From assembly GCA_003140095.1 (NCBI GenBank), contig PLIU01000506.1, forward strand, positions 848 to 57,672: DNA of 56,825 nt. Direction: 5' to 3'. The stretch comes from Verrucomicrobiales bacterium (GTDB taxonomy: Bacteria; Verrucomicrobiota; Verrucomicrobiia; Limisphaerales; Palsa-1400). The translations under genes were made by a program, and so were the position numbers. Positions within the stretch are counted from its first letter, which is position 1, and each line of letters starts with the position of its first letter. Positions 32,838 through 43,137 of this stretch are shown here, one piece after another. Under the pieces are notes generated by a model that searched no databases, was not told the DNA's origin, and was given only the letters and a program-made list of their open reading frames with translations.

Positions 32838-34136
32838 ATGTCTGACGCCATCATCCAAGTCGAGAACCTCGGCAAACGCTACCGTATTGCCCATCAACAG
32901 CAGCAGCGGAGTTATATGGCCTTGCGCGACGTCATCGCCCACAAGCTGGCCGCGCCCTTTCGAGTGCTGAAAGGAAGAACTCCGCGTTCCGAGATAGCAG
33001 CTCCGAGTTCCGACCTCCGGCCTCCAAGCTCTCGCATGGAAGATTTTTGGGCGCTCAGAAATGTTTCCTTCGAAGTCAAGCAGGGCGAAGTGGTGGGGAT
33101 TATCGGGCGCAACGGCGCGGGCAAGAGCACCCTGCTGAAAATCCTGAGCCGCATCACCGAACCGAGCGAGGGCCGGGTGCGTTTGCGAGCTCGCGTGGCC
33201 AGCCTGTTGGAAGTCGGGACTGGATTTCACCCCGAGTTGACCGCGCGCGAGAATATCTTCCTCAACGGCGCGATTCTTGGCATGCACCGGGCGGAGATTA
33301 GGAGGAAGTTCGATGAGATCGTGGCCTTTGCCGAGGTGGAAAAGTTTCTCGATACGCCCGTCAAACACTACAGCAGCGGCATGTATGTGCGGCTGGCCTT
33401 CGCCGTCGCCGCGCACCTGGAACCGGAGATCTTAATTGTGGACGAAGTATTGGCGGTGGGCGATGCCGCATTCCAAAAGAAAAGCCTTGGCAAAATGGGT
33501 CACGTGGCGCGAACCGAAGCGCGCACGGTGTTATTTGTCAGTCACAACATGACGGCTGTTCAGACTCTCTGTCACCGGGCCTTGATGCTGGCTGGAGGCG
33601 AATTGATTGCCGCTGGTCCGGTGGCTACTGTAGTGTCGCGCTATCTCCGGGAGGCTCAAGGTTCCAACGAAGAGAAGCATTGGACCGATCCCCAAACTGC
33701 CCCGGGAAATGAACTCATCCGGATTAAACGAGTTCGCATTTTGCCGGAGGGCGATTCCGAACTGCTGACCATGCACTCTCCTTTGCGCCTCGAAACCGAA
33801 TACTGGGTGGTTAAAGACGGCGCGGCTACGCACCTTACTTATCATCTCATCAACGATCAGGGCATCATCGTCCTGACCACAGGTTGTCCGTCCGAAACGC
33901 GCACGCCTGGATGTTACAGAGCCATTTTTCAGATTCCCGGCAACCTGCTCAACAGCGGCGGGTATTTCCTTAAACTCTTGATTGTGCTAAATGAAAATCA
34001 GGTTGCCTACGAGAATGACGGCATCGCTTCCTTCACCGTCGTGGACGCGGCCGCGCGAAATCATGCCTGTTTGGGCCGGGAACCGGGCGTGGTTCAACCA
34101 GTGTTAACTTGGAAAACAATTAACATTCAGGCTTGA
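32838..34136 (+). CDS. wzt: Polysaccharide ABC transporter ATPase with C-terminal carbohydrate-binding (Wzt_C) domain
   Basis: GRNGAGKS, LLEVGTGFHPELT, YSSGM, ILIVDEVLAVGD, FVSH, plus a ~150-aa beta-rich C-terminal extension. Confidence 0.93.
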   Translation: MSDAIIQVENLGKRYRIAHQQQQRSYMALRDVIAHKLAAPFRVLKGRTPRSEIAAPSSDLRPPSSRMEDFWALRNVSFEVKQGEVVGIIGRNGAGKSTLLKILSRITEPSEGRVRLRARVASLLEVGTGFHPELTARENIFLNGAILGMHRAEIRRKFDEIVAFAEVEKFLDTPVKHYSSGMYVRLAFAVAAHLEPEILIVDEVLAVGDAAFQKKSLGKMGHVARTEARTVLFVSHNMTAVQTLCHRALMLAGGELIAAGPVATVVSRYLREAQGSNEEKHWTDPQTAPGNELIRIKRVRILPEGDSELLTMHSPLRLETEYWVVKDGAATHLTYHLINDQGIIVLTTGCPSETRTPGCYRAIFQIPGNLLNSGGYFLKLLIVLNENQVAYENDGIASFTVVDAAARNHACLGREPGVVQPVLTWKTINIQA

Positions 34137-34168
34137 ACTTTTGCCCCGATTTCTCTTTTAAAGACACA

Positions 34169-35491
34169 ATGAATGATGGTGCCAAAGAATTACTGATCAG
34201 TCCTGACCAGAATCCCAAATGGAGAGTTCTTGTGTTTCCAGGAGCAACCGAAATTGCCATGGAGCTGCGCCAATCTCTGGCCTGGTGCAAGGACATTCTC
34301 CTTTTCTCCGCTGGCAGCGATGTTTCAAATCATGCGCCATTTGCCTTCGCTCGTCATTTCATAATTCCAGCCGTCAGCCAACCCACATGGCTGGATGAAC
34401 TATCTGCCTTGGTGGAGGCAAACCAAATCACTCACATCTTTCCGGCTCACGATGATGCTCTGCTGGCCTTGTCGGAAAACGCCACGAGGCTAAAAGCAAA
34501 AGTTATCACATCGCCATTGGAAACTTGCCGGCTCACTCGATCAAAAAGAGAAACCATTCGGCGGCTGTCAGCCATAGTTCCAACACCAGAATTATTTGAC
34601 TCGCCGGAAGCGGTCAAAATCTGGCCAGTATTCTTGAAACCGGATCGTGGACAAGGTTCGCAGCGAACCGCCTTAGCACAAAACGCCTCTGAACTCGCAG
34701 CCTTGCTGGCGCAGGATTCTGACCGCATCATACTTGAATACCTCGAAGGGCCGGAATTCACCGTGGACTGTTTTTCTGACCGTCAGACCGGCCTGCAATA
34801 TGCCTGTGGGCGGCGAAGGCGGCGAATTCGCTCGGGGATTGCCATGGCTTCGGCACTGGTTGAGGATAACCGGTTCCGGGAATATGCAGAAGCAATTTCC
34901 AAGTTGGTTGAACTTCATGGGGCATGGTTTTTCCAGGTCAAAGCCGACCAGCATGGCGTGTGGAAGGTCATGGAAGTCGCTCCGCGCATCGGAGGCACAT
35001 CCGCTTTAAGCCGCGTGCATGGTGTAAACCTGCCCCTGTTGAGTTTGTATGAATCGGAGCGCCTGCCAGTGCGAATCTTGCCTGGTTGTTTTCGTGTGGA
35101 AATCGATCGCACCTTGGCTAACCGCTATCGGCACAACATCCGCTACCAGACATTGTATGTGGATTTCGACGATACGTTAGTCATCCGTGGAAGGTTGAAT
35201 ATTGATCTTGTTAAATTACTTTACCAAGGAATAAATCGCGGCGTTCGGTTGGTGCTTTTGACAAGGCATGATGGCGATTTGAAATCCCAATTGCACCGCT
35301 GGCGCCTGAATAGTCTTTTTGATGAAATTATACATTTGGCCCCAACAGAATCAAAAGCTGACTTTATTACAGAGAAAAACGCCGTGTTCATAGACGACAG
35401 CTTTGCCGAACGGCAGGCTCTTCAGGAAAAGACTGGCATTGTCACACTTGATCCATCCATGGTTGAGTTGTTGCTCGACGATTGCGTATGA
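34169..35491 (+). CDS. ATP-grasp protein with C-terminal HAD-like domain
   Basis: PVFLKPDRGQGS, ILEYLEGPEFTVD, MEVAPRIGG; C-terminal LYVDFDDTL...LLTRH...SKAD...FIDDS. Alternative TTG start at 34133. Confidence 0.8.
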   Translation: MNDGAKELLISPDQNPKWRVLVFPGATEIAMELRQSLAWCKDILLFSAGSDVSNHAPFAFARHFIIPAVSQPTWLDELSALVEANQITHIFPAHDDALLALSENATRLKAKVITSPLETCRLTRSKRETIRRLSAIVPTPELFDSPEAVKIWPVFLKPDRGQGSQRTALAQNASELAALLAQDSDRIILEYLEGPEFTVDCFSDRQTGLQYACGRRRRRIRSGIAMASALVEDNRFREYAEAISKLVELHGAWFFQVKADQHGVWKVMEVAPRIGGTSALSRVHGVNLPLLSLYESERLPVRILPGCFRVEIDRTLANRYRHNIRYQTLYVDFDDTLVIRGRLNIDLVKLLYQGINRGVRLVLLTRHDGDLKSQLHRWRLNSLFDEIIHLAPTESKADFITEKNAVFIDDSFAERQALQEKTGIVTLDPSMVELLLDDCV

Positions 35492-36519
35492 CTCCCAAAC
35501 AACAATGCCTTAATTTGCCGGTCGCGGCGAATAAACATGGCGTTCGCGTCGCGTACGGAGCGGGAGGGGCTTTGGCCGGGCTAATGGCGCAAGAGAATGA
35601 GGTGTTCGATTGGATCGTTGACGACACTCCTGGATACGCCGGCCAAATGTTCGCCGGCCGCCAAATCCGGTCATCCAGAGAGTTATCGGTCCTTTCTGAC
35701 GGTTCCGCCCGCATCGTGGTTTGCGCCCACACTTCTACCTCTTCGAAAGCGATAGCCCGGCGTTTGGAGGAGATGGGATTTCGCAAAGGCATAGATTTTT
35801 CGGACGGTTCCCTTCTGGCGGTTCAACACATGAGCCGGCGATTGTCTGTTCTCCTGCAAAGGCCATTTGAGGAGACGCTCTGGGAGCGCGTTAGACTTGC
35901 CGTTGAAGGAGTTAATCTCAGGAATTTATCAGGCGTGGCTGGAAGCTGGCTTTTCGTTGGGCTTGCGGAAACTGCCAACAGAGACGCCATTTCGGGCGCC
36001 GTTGCCGAGGCGGGCGTGTATCAAGGCGCCAACGCCATTGCATCTCTTCGATCTTCTCCCCCCCTGCGGGAGCGTCTCTACTTTTTGCTGGACAGTTTTG
36101 AGGGCCTTGGAAAATCTTCCAGCTTGGATCCAAATTCTCGCACGGGTGAATTCGCAGACGTTAATTTGAGTGCCTTGCATGAAGCGATTGCTTCCTACAC
36201 CAACGCTTTTGTTTGCAAGGGATACTTTGAAGAAACACTGCCAAAGTTGTCAGACCAACGATTTGCCCTCGCCTATATTGATTGTGATTTGGCCGAGCCT
36301 GCCAGATACTGCATGGAATGGTTCTGGGACCGGCTTACGAATGGCGGCTTTTTATTGATCCATGATTATTGGTTCCCCGATTTTCAATTGCCAGCGGGTT
36401 CGCCTGAACCGTTTCGTGGAATTAAAACTGTTGCGGATCAGTTTCTAGCCGGCAAGCGCGCGCGTTTTGTCGTTCTTCCTGAAACAACCCATCTCGTCAT
36501 TCGCAAGGAAGAAGGGTAG
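35488..36519 (+). CDS. TylF/MycF-family O-methyltransferase with an N-terminal Rossmann-like segment
   Basis: GAVAEAGVYQG, LDSFEGL, KGYFEETLP, AYIDCDL, GGFLLIHDY; N-terminal VAYGAGG...IVDD. Confidence 0.82.
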   Translation: MTPKQQCLNLPVAANKHGVRVAYGAGGALAGLMAQENEVFDWIVDDTPGYAGQMFAGRQIRSSRELSVLSDGSARIVVCAHTSTSSKAIARRLEEMGFRKGIDFSDGSLLAVQHMSRRLSVLLQRPFEETLWERVRLAVEGVNLRNLSGVAGSWLFVGLAETANRDAISGAVAEAGVYQGANAIASLRSSPPLRERLYFLLDSFEGLGKSSSLDPNSRTGEFADVNLSALHEAIASYTNAFVCKGYFEETLPKLSDQRFALAYIDCDLAEPARYCMEWFWDRLTNGGFLLIHDYWFPDFQLPAGSPEPFRGIKTVADQFLAGKRARFVVLPETTHLVIRKEEG

Positions 36520-36575
36520 ATAGGCGGAAACAGGCTTGAATGCGAACCGCAATTCAACAAGTTCGTTAAACGTTT

Positions 36576-37775
36576 ATGCAACTAGCCATTCTTGGCGGAG
36601 CGCCCGCATTCTTACAACCTTTGCATGTTGGCCGCCCGAGTCTTGGCGACCGCGAGACGATGTTGCGGCGTGTCAATGAAATCTTTGATCGCCGCTGGTT
36701 CACCAATGACGGTCCCCTGGTCAAGGAATTTGAAGCTGGAATCGAAGAGCTTGTCGGCGTGAAACACTGCGTCGCCATGTGCAATGCCACGATTGCCCTG
36801 GAGATTGCCATCCGCGCCCTCGAACTGCGGGGTGAAGTGATCGTGCCGGCCTACACCTTCATCGCCACGGCGCATGCACTGCATTGGCAGGAGATCACGC
36901 CCGTGTTTGCCGACATGGATCCCGCAACATACAATGTCGCCCCGGAATCCATGGAGCGGCTCATCACACCGCGCACGACCGGTATCATCGGCGTCCATGT
37001 GTGGGGTCGGCTATGCGATACGGAAGCCATCGAGTCCATCGCGCAAAAGCATCGACTCAAGGTGATGTATGATGCGGCCCACGCCTTTGGCTGCTCGCAG
37101 CGCGGACGAATGGCCGGCAGTTTTGGGTCCTGCGAAGTGTTCAGTTTTCATGCCACTAAATTTATCAACAGTTTCGAAGGCGGCGCGGCGGTGACCAACC
37201 ATGACGCGCTGGCGGCCAAAATGCGGCTCATGCGCAATTTTGGTTTTGCCGGATATGACAAGGTGCTTTATCCCGGAACAAACGGCAAGATGACTGAAAT
37301 ATGCGCGGCCATGGGATTGACATCGTTGGAAGCCATGGAAGCGATTGTGGCCTCGAATCGCAAAAACTACGAGGCTTATGCCGATGGTTTGCGCGGCTTG
37401 CCCGGAATCAGTTTGATCGTTTACCCCGCTCAGGAGCGAGTGAACTACCAGTATGTGGTCATCGAGGTGGATCCGGAAGCGTCACCCTTGAATCGCGATG
37501 AATTGGTGGCGGTTCTTCATGGGGAAAATGTTTTGGCGCGAAAATATTTTTGGCCCGGGTGTCATCGCATGGAGCCATATCGGTCATTGCAACCAAACGC
37601 ATTTCTGCTGCTACCTCAGACGGATAAAGTGGCGGCACGCGTTATTGTTTTGCCAACAGGGCAATCGTTAAGTCCAGAAAACGCCCAAGTCGTGTGCATG
37701 CTCATCAAAACCGCCTTGAAAAAGGCGCCACAAGTTCGTTCTGCTCTGCATGCGCTCTATTGCCATAATAGCTAA
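36576..37775 (+). CDS. DegT/DnrJ/EryC1/StrS NDP-sugar aminotransferase (DesI/VioA-like, C4)
   Basis: LAILGGAPAF..PLHVGRP, WFTNDGPLV.EFE, CNAT, YDAAHAFG, FSFHATK, EGG, RNFG, GTNGKM. Confidence 0.9.
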   Translation: MQLAILGGAPAFLQPLHVGRPSLGDRETMLRRVNEIFDRRWFTNDGPLVKEFEAGIEELVGVKHCVAMCNATIALEIAIRALELRGEVIVPAYTFIATAHALHWQEITPVFADMDPATYNVAPESMERLITPRTTGIIGVHVWGRLCDTEAIESIAQKHRLKVMYDAAHAFGCSQRGRMAGSFGSCEVFSFHATKFINSFEGGAAVTNHDALAAKMRLMRNFGFAGYDKVLYPGTNGKMTEICAAMGLTSLEAMEAIVASNRKNYEAYADGLRGLPGISLIVYPAQERVNYQYVVIEVDPEASPLNRDELVAVLHGENVLARKYFWPGCHRMEPYRSLQPNAFLLLPQTDKVAARVIVLPTGQSLSPENAQVVCMLIKTALKKAPQVRSALHALYCHNS

Positions 37776-37805
37776 GAATCCGCGCCGTCCGATTCGAAAG
37801 ATTTC

Positions 37806-38921
37806 ATGAGAATTCCGGTAAAAAAAATCGTTGCGCGCGCCTATCGCATCATAACGTTTCCTGCCCGTTGCGTGACGGCAAAAATCGTCCAAGCGCCGGG
37901 TTTATGGCAGTTCCTGAGGTTGGCCGATCGGAGGGTTATCATGTTTCTTGTTCCTGGCCGTGAAATTATCGGCGGCGGTCCCCTGTCGATTTTCAATCTT
38001 TATCGTTTTTCGCAAGAGATGGCTGCCGTTCACCACGCCAAAGTTGTTATGTGCTCCTATCCCGGGGAGGGAGCAGATTCTTGCCGTTACCCGAACATTG
38101 CGAACGACGTAACCATTTACCCGTTTCGGATGATTTTGGCGATGTGTCGCCGAGTAGAACAAATGCAGCTTCATGTGCCGGAATATGCGGCGCAGGCGAT
38201 AGTGGAGAGAATAGGCTTTGAGCGATTGGCCCGCTTGCGTTCAACCCATGGCTTGCGGTTAAATATCCTAAATCAGAACATCTTATTGATGCCTCCAGAC
38301 GCCTTTCTGCAACGCTTGCGACTCAAAGTCCCGGAACACCTGACATGCACCACCGCGCATCCTAGTTATAGCACGGTGGAATTCAGGCGCAGGTGGGGAA
38401 TGCCTGTGCATCATCTGCCGGCTTGGACCTACCCCGACGCGGCGCCTGCCTCCGGCTACGAGACCAAGCGCGACCTGATGATTGTCTCACCCGATGTTTC
38501 ACCGCATCGCGAAGCAGTTTTGAATAAAATCGCCACAGAACTGCCCCGCCTTGAAATAAAGGTGATTGAGGATATGCGCTTTGAAGACTATCTTAAGCTG
38601 GCACGTGCGGCAAAGTGGTCGCTTACTTTTGGTGAAGGGATGGATGACTATTTCATGTCTGTCCTCTTTCGCGGGGGAGTCGGTTTCGCCGTGTATAACA
38701 CGGAGTTTTTTACGCCGGAGTTTAAAGGTCGGCGCACAGTTTATCCTGATTGGGAGACACTTGCCACCAGGATTACTGCTGACATCAAAGCACTCGATAG
38801 CAAGCAGGCCATGGAATCATACAACGCTGAAGTGCGTCCGCTTTTGGCCGGAATTTGGTCGCGCGACAAAACACTAGCCGCGCTGGAAGCATTTTACCGC
38901 GGCCAATTCACGCTGCCTTGA
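37806..38921 (+). CDS. Hypothetical protein, possibly a GT-B-like glycan-modifying enzyme
   Basis: 371-aa co-oriented ORF in the glycan locus; GGPLSIF and FGEGMDDYF are weakly GT-like. Confidence 0.55.
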   Translation: MRIPVKKIVARAYRIITFPARCVTAKIVQAPGLWQFLRLADRRVIMFLVPGREIIGGGPLSIFNLYRFSQEMAAVHHAKVVMCSYPGEGADSCRYPNIANDVTIYPFRMILAMCRRVEQMQLHVPEYAAQAIVERIGFERLARLRSTHGLRLNILNQNILLMPPDAFLQRLRLKVPEHLTCTTAHPSYSTVEFRRRWGMPVHHLPAWTYPDAAPASGYETKRDLMIVSPDVSPHREAVLNKIATELPRLEIKVIEDMRFEDYLKLARAAKWSLTFGEGMDDYFMSVLFRGGVGFAVYNTEFFTPEFKGRRTVYPDWETLATRITADIKALDSKQAMESYNAEVRPLLAGIWSRDKTLAALEAFYRGQFTLP

Positions 38922-39037
38922 GGTTTGGTTCGGGGCTTATAATGATTGGACAAGGGATTCGGAGCTTGCGCCCCGCGTCGAAACGAAGCTAATGTGGCGG
39001 GACGCTGAGTTGCTTGAAAAGACGGACGGTGTGCCAG

Positions 39038-40012
39038 ATGAGTTTGCTTGCGGATCAAATCACGATCGCGATTACGGTTTATAGCCGGCGCCAATTTATC
39101 AAGCAGGCCATCGCCAGCGCGCTCAACCAATCCATGCCCGCCCGCGTGATCGTCGTGGAAGACTGCGGGCCGGATCCGACGTTGGCATCATTTGTCAAAG
39201 ATGAGTTTGGCTCCAGGATCGAGTATATCAGAAATTCCAGGCGGCGCGGTCTTTTTGGCAACTGGAACGCTTGTCTCGAACGTTGCCAGACCGAATGGAT
39301 CACCATCCTGCACGATGACGACTTTCTGGCGCCGGAATTTGTCGAGGCCATGATCGAGTTGGAGACAGCATCGCCGGGCTGCGCCTTGTATCTTGGCCGG
39401 ACCATCAATGTGAACGAACACGGCGAACCCACGCCGGAACAAGATGGCCGGACGGTGTCGGGGCGCTGGATGCAAAGAGATTTAATGGATATTCTTTATG
39501 TTCCGTTTTGCTTTGCCGGGCATCTGTTCCGGGTATCGGACGCAAGGGCTGTGGGCGGATTCCGTGAAACATCATTTATGTGCGGCGATTGGGAGATGTG
39601 GGCCAAATTGATGGCCTTCGGCGGGGCGGCGCAAAGCAGCCGGGTGGTTGCTTTCAATCGAAGTCACCAGGGATGGGACAGAGGGAGCAACCAGGTGTCC
39701 CGGAGCGGCAGGCACCTGCCCACAACGTTTGCTCAGCACAAGAGAATCTTGGCGCTGCTGGCCGGGAGCAGAGCGTTAAAATTCGACCGGATAGAATGGC
39801 AGCGACGCTTACCCATGTCCACTCGGTTTCTGCTTCAAAACAGCCAGACACTTTCGCCCCGATTGCTGCGTTATCATGTCAGGCTGCTCTTGCTCTCCCG
39901 TCCCCCGCACTGGCGCTATGCGTTGTTTCAAAAGATGACCAGGGTCGGAGGAGTTGGCTTCGTTAAATTGGCGTCAAAGATGTGGCGCCGGATGCATTCA
40001 TTTGCAGATTGA
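39038..40012 (+). CDS. Glycosyltransferase family 2
   Basis: AIASALNQ, IVVEDCGPD, GLFGNWNAC, ILHDDD, GGF, DWEMW. Confidence 0.88.
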   Translation: MSLLADQITIAITVYSRRQFIKQAIASALNQSMPARVIVVEDCGPDPTLASFVKDEFGSRIEYIRNSRRRGLFGNWNACLERCQTEWITILHDDDFLAPEFVEAMIELETASPGCALYLGRTINVNEHGEPTPEQDGRTVSGRWMQRDLMDILYVPFCFAGHLFRVSDARAVGGFRETSFMCGDWEMWAKLMAFGGAAQSSRVVAFNRSHQGWDRGSNQVSRSGRHLPTTFAQHKRILALLAGSRALKFDRIEWQRRLPMSTRFLLQNSQTLSPRLLRYHVRLLLLSRPPHWRYALFQKMTRVGGVGFVKLASKMWRRMHSFAD

Positions 40013-40032
40013 AAGGGCTTTTGGTTTTGGAG

Positions 40033-40761
40033 ATGATCGCGCTTGTGCAAGACCCGATTGCGGGACAATTAAATGCCACGGAGAGAGAACTGCTGACGGC
40101 GGCCATCCGTTCCGCACCGCGCCAACCCAAAGCGGCGCTCGAAGTGGGCACTTGGCTCGGAGGCGGAAGCACCGCGCATATTCTCGAGGCTCTGCAGAGC
40201 AACGGGGCGGGTCATCTTTGGGGAATTGAGGCGGATCGGGCCATTTATGAGCAGATGATTCGGAATCTGGAGAAGGCTGTCCCGCTCGCGTTGCACCGGT
40301 TTACCCCGTTATTCGGTTTTTCGCAAAGGGTGATTCCGTCATGGCTGGCTCAACAAGGCTCAGGTTTTGAAATTGATTTCGCCTTTCTGGACGGGGGCAA
40401 CAATCCCATGGAGCAAATCATTGAATTCCGCTTGCTCGATCCGCGTATGCCCATTGGGGCCGTTCTCATGGCGCATGACGCCAAGCTGCGCAAAGGCAAA
40501 TGGCTGGTCCCCTATCTCGCATGCCTGGACCATTGGACATCGGAGGTCCACGACATCAGCGAGGAGGGGTTGTTGCGCGCTCGAAAAATCGCGGCCCATC
40601 CCTCGAAGAAGAGCCTGCACCGCGCCCGTCGGGCGCTGCTCAAGATGCGTTGCGCGCCAATCGAAGTGGCGGCCGCCATTACTCCGCGCTTAATCTGCCT
40701 TTTTGTGTTTAATCTTCTGCCGCGGCGCTTTTCCCGTTCGCTCTCGGATGGACGTAAATAA
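40033..40761 (+). CDS. Class I SAM-dependent methyltransferase (Methyltransf_24-like)
   Basis: ALEVGTWLGGGST, LWGIE, IDFAFLDGGN, LMAHD. Start uncertain (39982-40033). Confidence 0.78.
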   Translation: MIALVQDPIAGQLNATERELLTAAIRSAPRQPKAALEVGTWLGGGSTAHILEALQSNGAGHLWGIEADRAIYEQMIRNLEKAVPLALHRFTPLFGFSQRVIPSWLAQQGSGFEIDFAFLDGGNNPMEQIIEFRLLDPRMPIGAVLMAHDAKLRKGKWLVPYLACLDHWTSEVHDISEEGLLRARKIAAHPSKKSLHRARRALLKMRCAPIEVAAAITPRLICLFVFNLLPRRFSRSLSDGRK

Positions 40762-40985
40762 GGCGAGGATGACGTTTTTATTCTCCAACAGCTTCGTCAT
40801 GACATCAAGCCCGGACCCGACCGCGTCACGCACCGCGGCGTAACTTCCGGGACAGGATCCTGTGCATATGCCGCCAAGCAAAGTCCAGCCCAGTTGGTGT
40901 TTTGTCCGTATTGACAAGGCGTGGCCGGGGTTTTATCCTCCGGCCCTTGCTTTGCTCTTGGTGGGGCAGGGCCCGAATCACATTG

Positions 40986-41999
40986 ATGGCTAAGAAAGTC
41001 TTAATCACGGGCATCACGGGCCAGGATGGTTCGTATTTGGCGGAATGGCTTCTTGCCAAAGGTTACGAAGTCCACGGCCTGGTCCGCCGGGCCAGCACCT
41101 TTAACCGGGGGCGCCTGGAAGCGATTTACTCCGACCCGCACGTCCGCGACCGCGGGATCTTTCTCCACTATGGCGACCTCAGCGACGCCAGTGGGTTGAG
41201 CCGCCTCCTGCACCGGGTGCAACCGGACGAACTCTACAATCTGGCCGCCCAAAGCCATGTGCGCGTCAGCTTCGATGCTCCCGAATACACCACCGACATC
41301 ACCGCCACCGGCGCGGTGCGGTTGCTGGAGGCCATCCGGGAGGCTGGCCTGAGGCCCCGTTTTTACCAGGCCTCCTCCAGCGAGATGTTCGGCCGGGCGC
41401 GGGAAATGCCGCAGAACGAGAAGACGCCTTTCTACCCGCGCAGCCCCTATGGTTGCTCGAAGGTTTACGCCTACTGGATCACTGTCAACTATCGCGAATC
41501 CTACGGCCTGCATGCCAGCAACGGCATCCTCTTCAACCACGAATCGCCACGCCGCGGCGAAACCTTCGTCACCCGCAAGATCACCCGCGCCGTCGCCCAC
41601 ATCGCGGCCGGCCTGCAGGACAAGCTCTATTTGGGCAATCTGGAGGCCCAGCGCGATTGGGGTTACGCCAAGGAGTATGTCCAAGCCATGTGGCTGATGC
41701 TCCAGCAAGACCAACCGGACGACTACGTCATCGCTACCAATGAAACGCATTCCGTTCGCGAGTTTCTGGATGTGGCCTTTGGTTGTGTGAAGCTAGACTG
41801 GAGGAAATACGTCGAGATCGATCCGCGCTACTACCGTCCGGCCGAGGTGGATGGGCTGATCGGCAATTACAGCAAGGCCAAACGCCAATTGGGCTGGGAG
41901 CCCAAAACCACGTTTCCAGAATTGGTCCGGTTGATGGTGGACGCGGACATTCAGCTTCTGAAGGATCATCGTGAGGGAAGAATTCTTGTGTCCACCTGA
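40986..41999 (+). CDS. gmd: GDP-mannose 4,6-dehydratase
   Basis: [55 protein letters not shown]. Confidence 0.95.
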   Translation: MAKKVLITGITGQDGSYLAEWLLAKGYEVHGLVRRASTFNRGRLEAIYSDPHVRDRGIFLHYGDLSDASGLSRLLHRVQPDELYNLAAQSHVRVSFDAPEYTTDITATGAVRLLEAIREAGLRPRFYQASSSEMFGRAREMPQNEKTPFYPRSPYGCSKVYAYWITVNYRESYGLHASNGILFNHESPRRGETFVTRKITRAVAHIAAGLQDKLYLGNLEAQRDWGYAKEYVQAMWLMLQQDQPDDYVIATNETHSVREFLDVAFGCVKLDWRKYVEIDPRYYRPAEVDGLIGNYSKAKRQLGWEPKTTFPELVRLMVDADIQLLKDHREGRILVST

Positions 42000-42135
42000 G
42001 TCCAGCCCAAAATGAAACCATTCGTTTTTTGCCTTCCGGTCTCCCATCTCTCATCACCACCGCCAGTCAAACGAAAAGTCCTGAGCAGGGGCCGATCCAC
42101 CTTGGCCTAAGACTCCATTCGGCCCTCACTGTTTT

Positions 42136-43137
42136 ATGACATCTCCCTCCTCCAAACCACGAGCCTTAATCTGCGGCGTGTCGGGACAGGACGGGGCCTA
42201 CCTCGCCAAGTTTCTGCTGGAGCGCGGATACGACGTCATAGGAACATCGCGCGATGCCCGAATCTCCCCGTTCGACAACTTGAAGCGGTTGGGCATCTCC
42301 GAAGGGATTGCCTTGGAATCAATGGCGATCGATGATTTTCGCAGCGTGGTCGGTGTAATCCGGAAAGTCTCGCCACAGGAGATTTACAACCTGGCCGGCC
42401 AAACCTCGGTGGGCCTCTCCTTCCAGCAGCCCGTTGAGACCTTTGAAAGCATCAGCGTTGGCACACTGAATCTGCTGGAAGCGATCCGCTTCCTGGGAGA
42501 CCCGATCCGCTTCTTCAACGCGGGTTCGGGTGAGTGCTTCGGAGATACTCAGCGTGAAAGTGCCACCGAGGAGCATCCCTTTCGGCCGCGAAGCCCCTAC
42601 GCGGTGGCGAAAGCCGCCGCCTTTTGGCAGGTGGCCAACTACCGGGAAGATTACCATCTGTTTGCCTGTTCTGGGATTCTGTTCAATCACGAATCACCCT
42701 TGCGCCCGGCCAGGTTCGTAACTCGAAAAATTGTGGCGGCGGCCTGCCGCATCGCCGCTGGCAGCGGTGAGGTACTCCGCCTTGGCAACACCAATGTGCA
42801 GCGGGATTGGGGTTGGGCGCCGGAGTATGTCGAAGCCATGTGGCTGATGCTCCAGAAGAGCCAACCTTCGGATTTTATTATTGCGACCGGCCAGTGCCAT
42901 ACGTTGGAGGCGTTTGTGTCCGCGGCTTTCGACGCGGTCGGTTTAAACTGGAAGAACCACGTTGAGACGGATCCCTCTTTGACCAGGCCCACAGAAGTTA
43001 ATTTTCAGCGCGGAAACCCCGCCAAAGCTTACCGCGAACTCGGATGGAAAGCTCGTCATGAAATGTTTTCCGTTGTCAAAATGATGGTAGGCGCGGAGCG
43101 GGAACTTCCAGCGCATTTATCTGGAGAGAGGCAATGA
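42136..43137 (+). CDS. Second, divergent Gmd-family SDR (dehydratase or 4-reductase)
   Basis: LICGVSGQDGAYL, YNLAGQTSV, FNAGSGE, SPYAVAK, FNHESPLR..RFVTRK, RDWGWAPEYV. Confidence 0.85.
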   Translation: MTSPSSKPRALICGVSGQDGAYLAKFLLERGYDVIGTSRDARISPFDNLKRLGISEGIALESMAIDDFRSVVGVIRKVSPQEIYNLAGQTSVGLSFQQPVETFESISVGTLNLLEAIRFLGDPIRFFNAGSGECFGDTQRESATEEHPFRPRSPYAVAKAAAFWQVANYREDYHLFACSGILFNHESPLRPARFVTRKIVAAACRIAAGSGEVLRLGNTNVQRDWGWAPEYVEAMWLMLQKSQPSDFIIATGQCHTLEAFVSAAFDAVGLNWKNHVETDPSLTRPTEVNFQRGNPAKAYRELGWKARHEMFSVVKMMVGAERELPAHLSGERQ

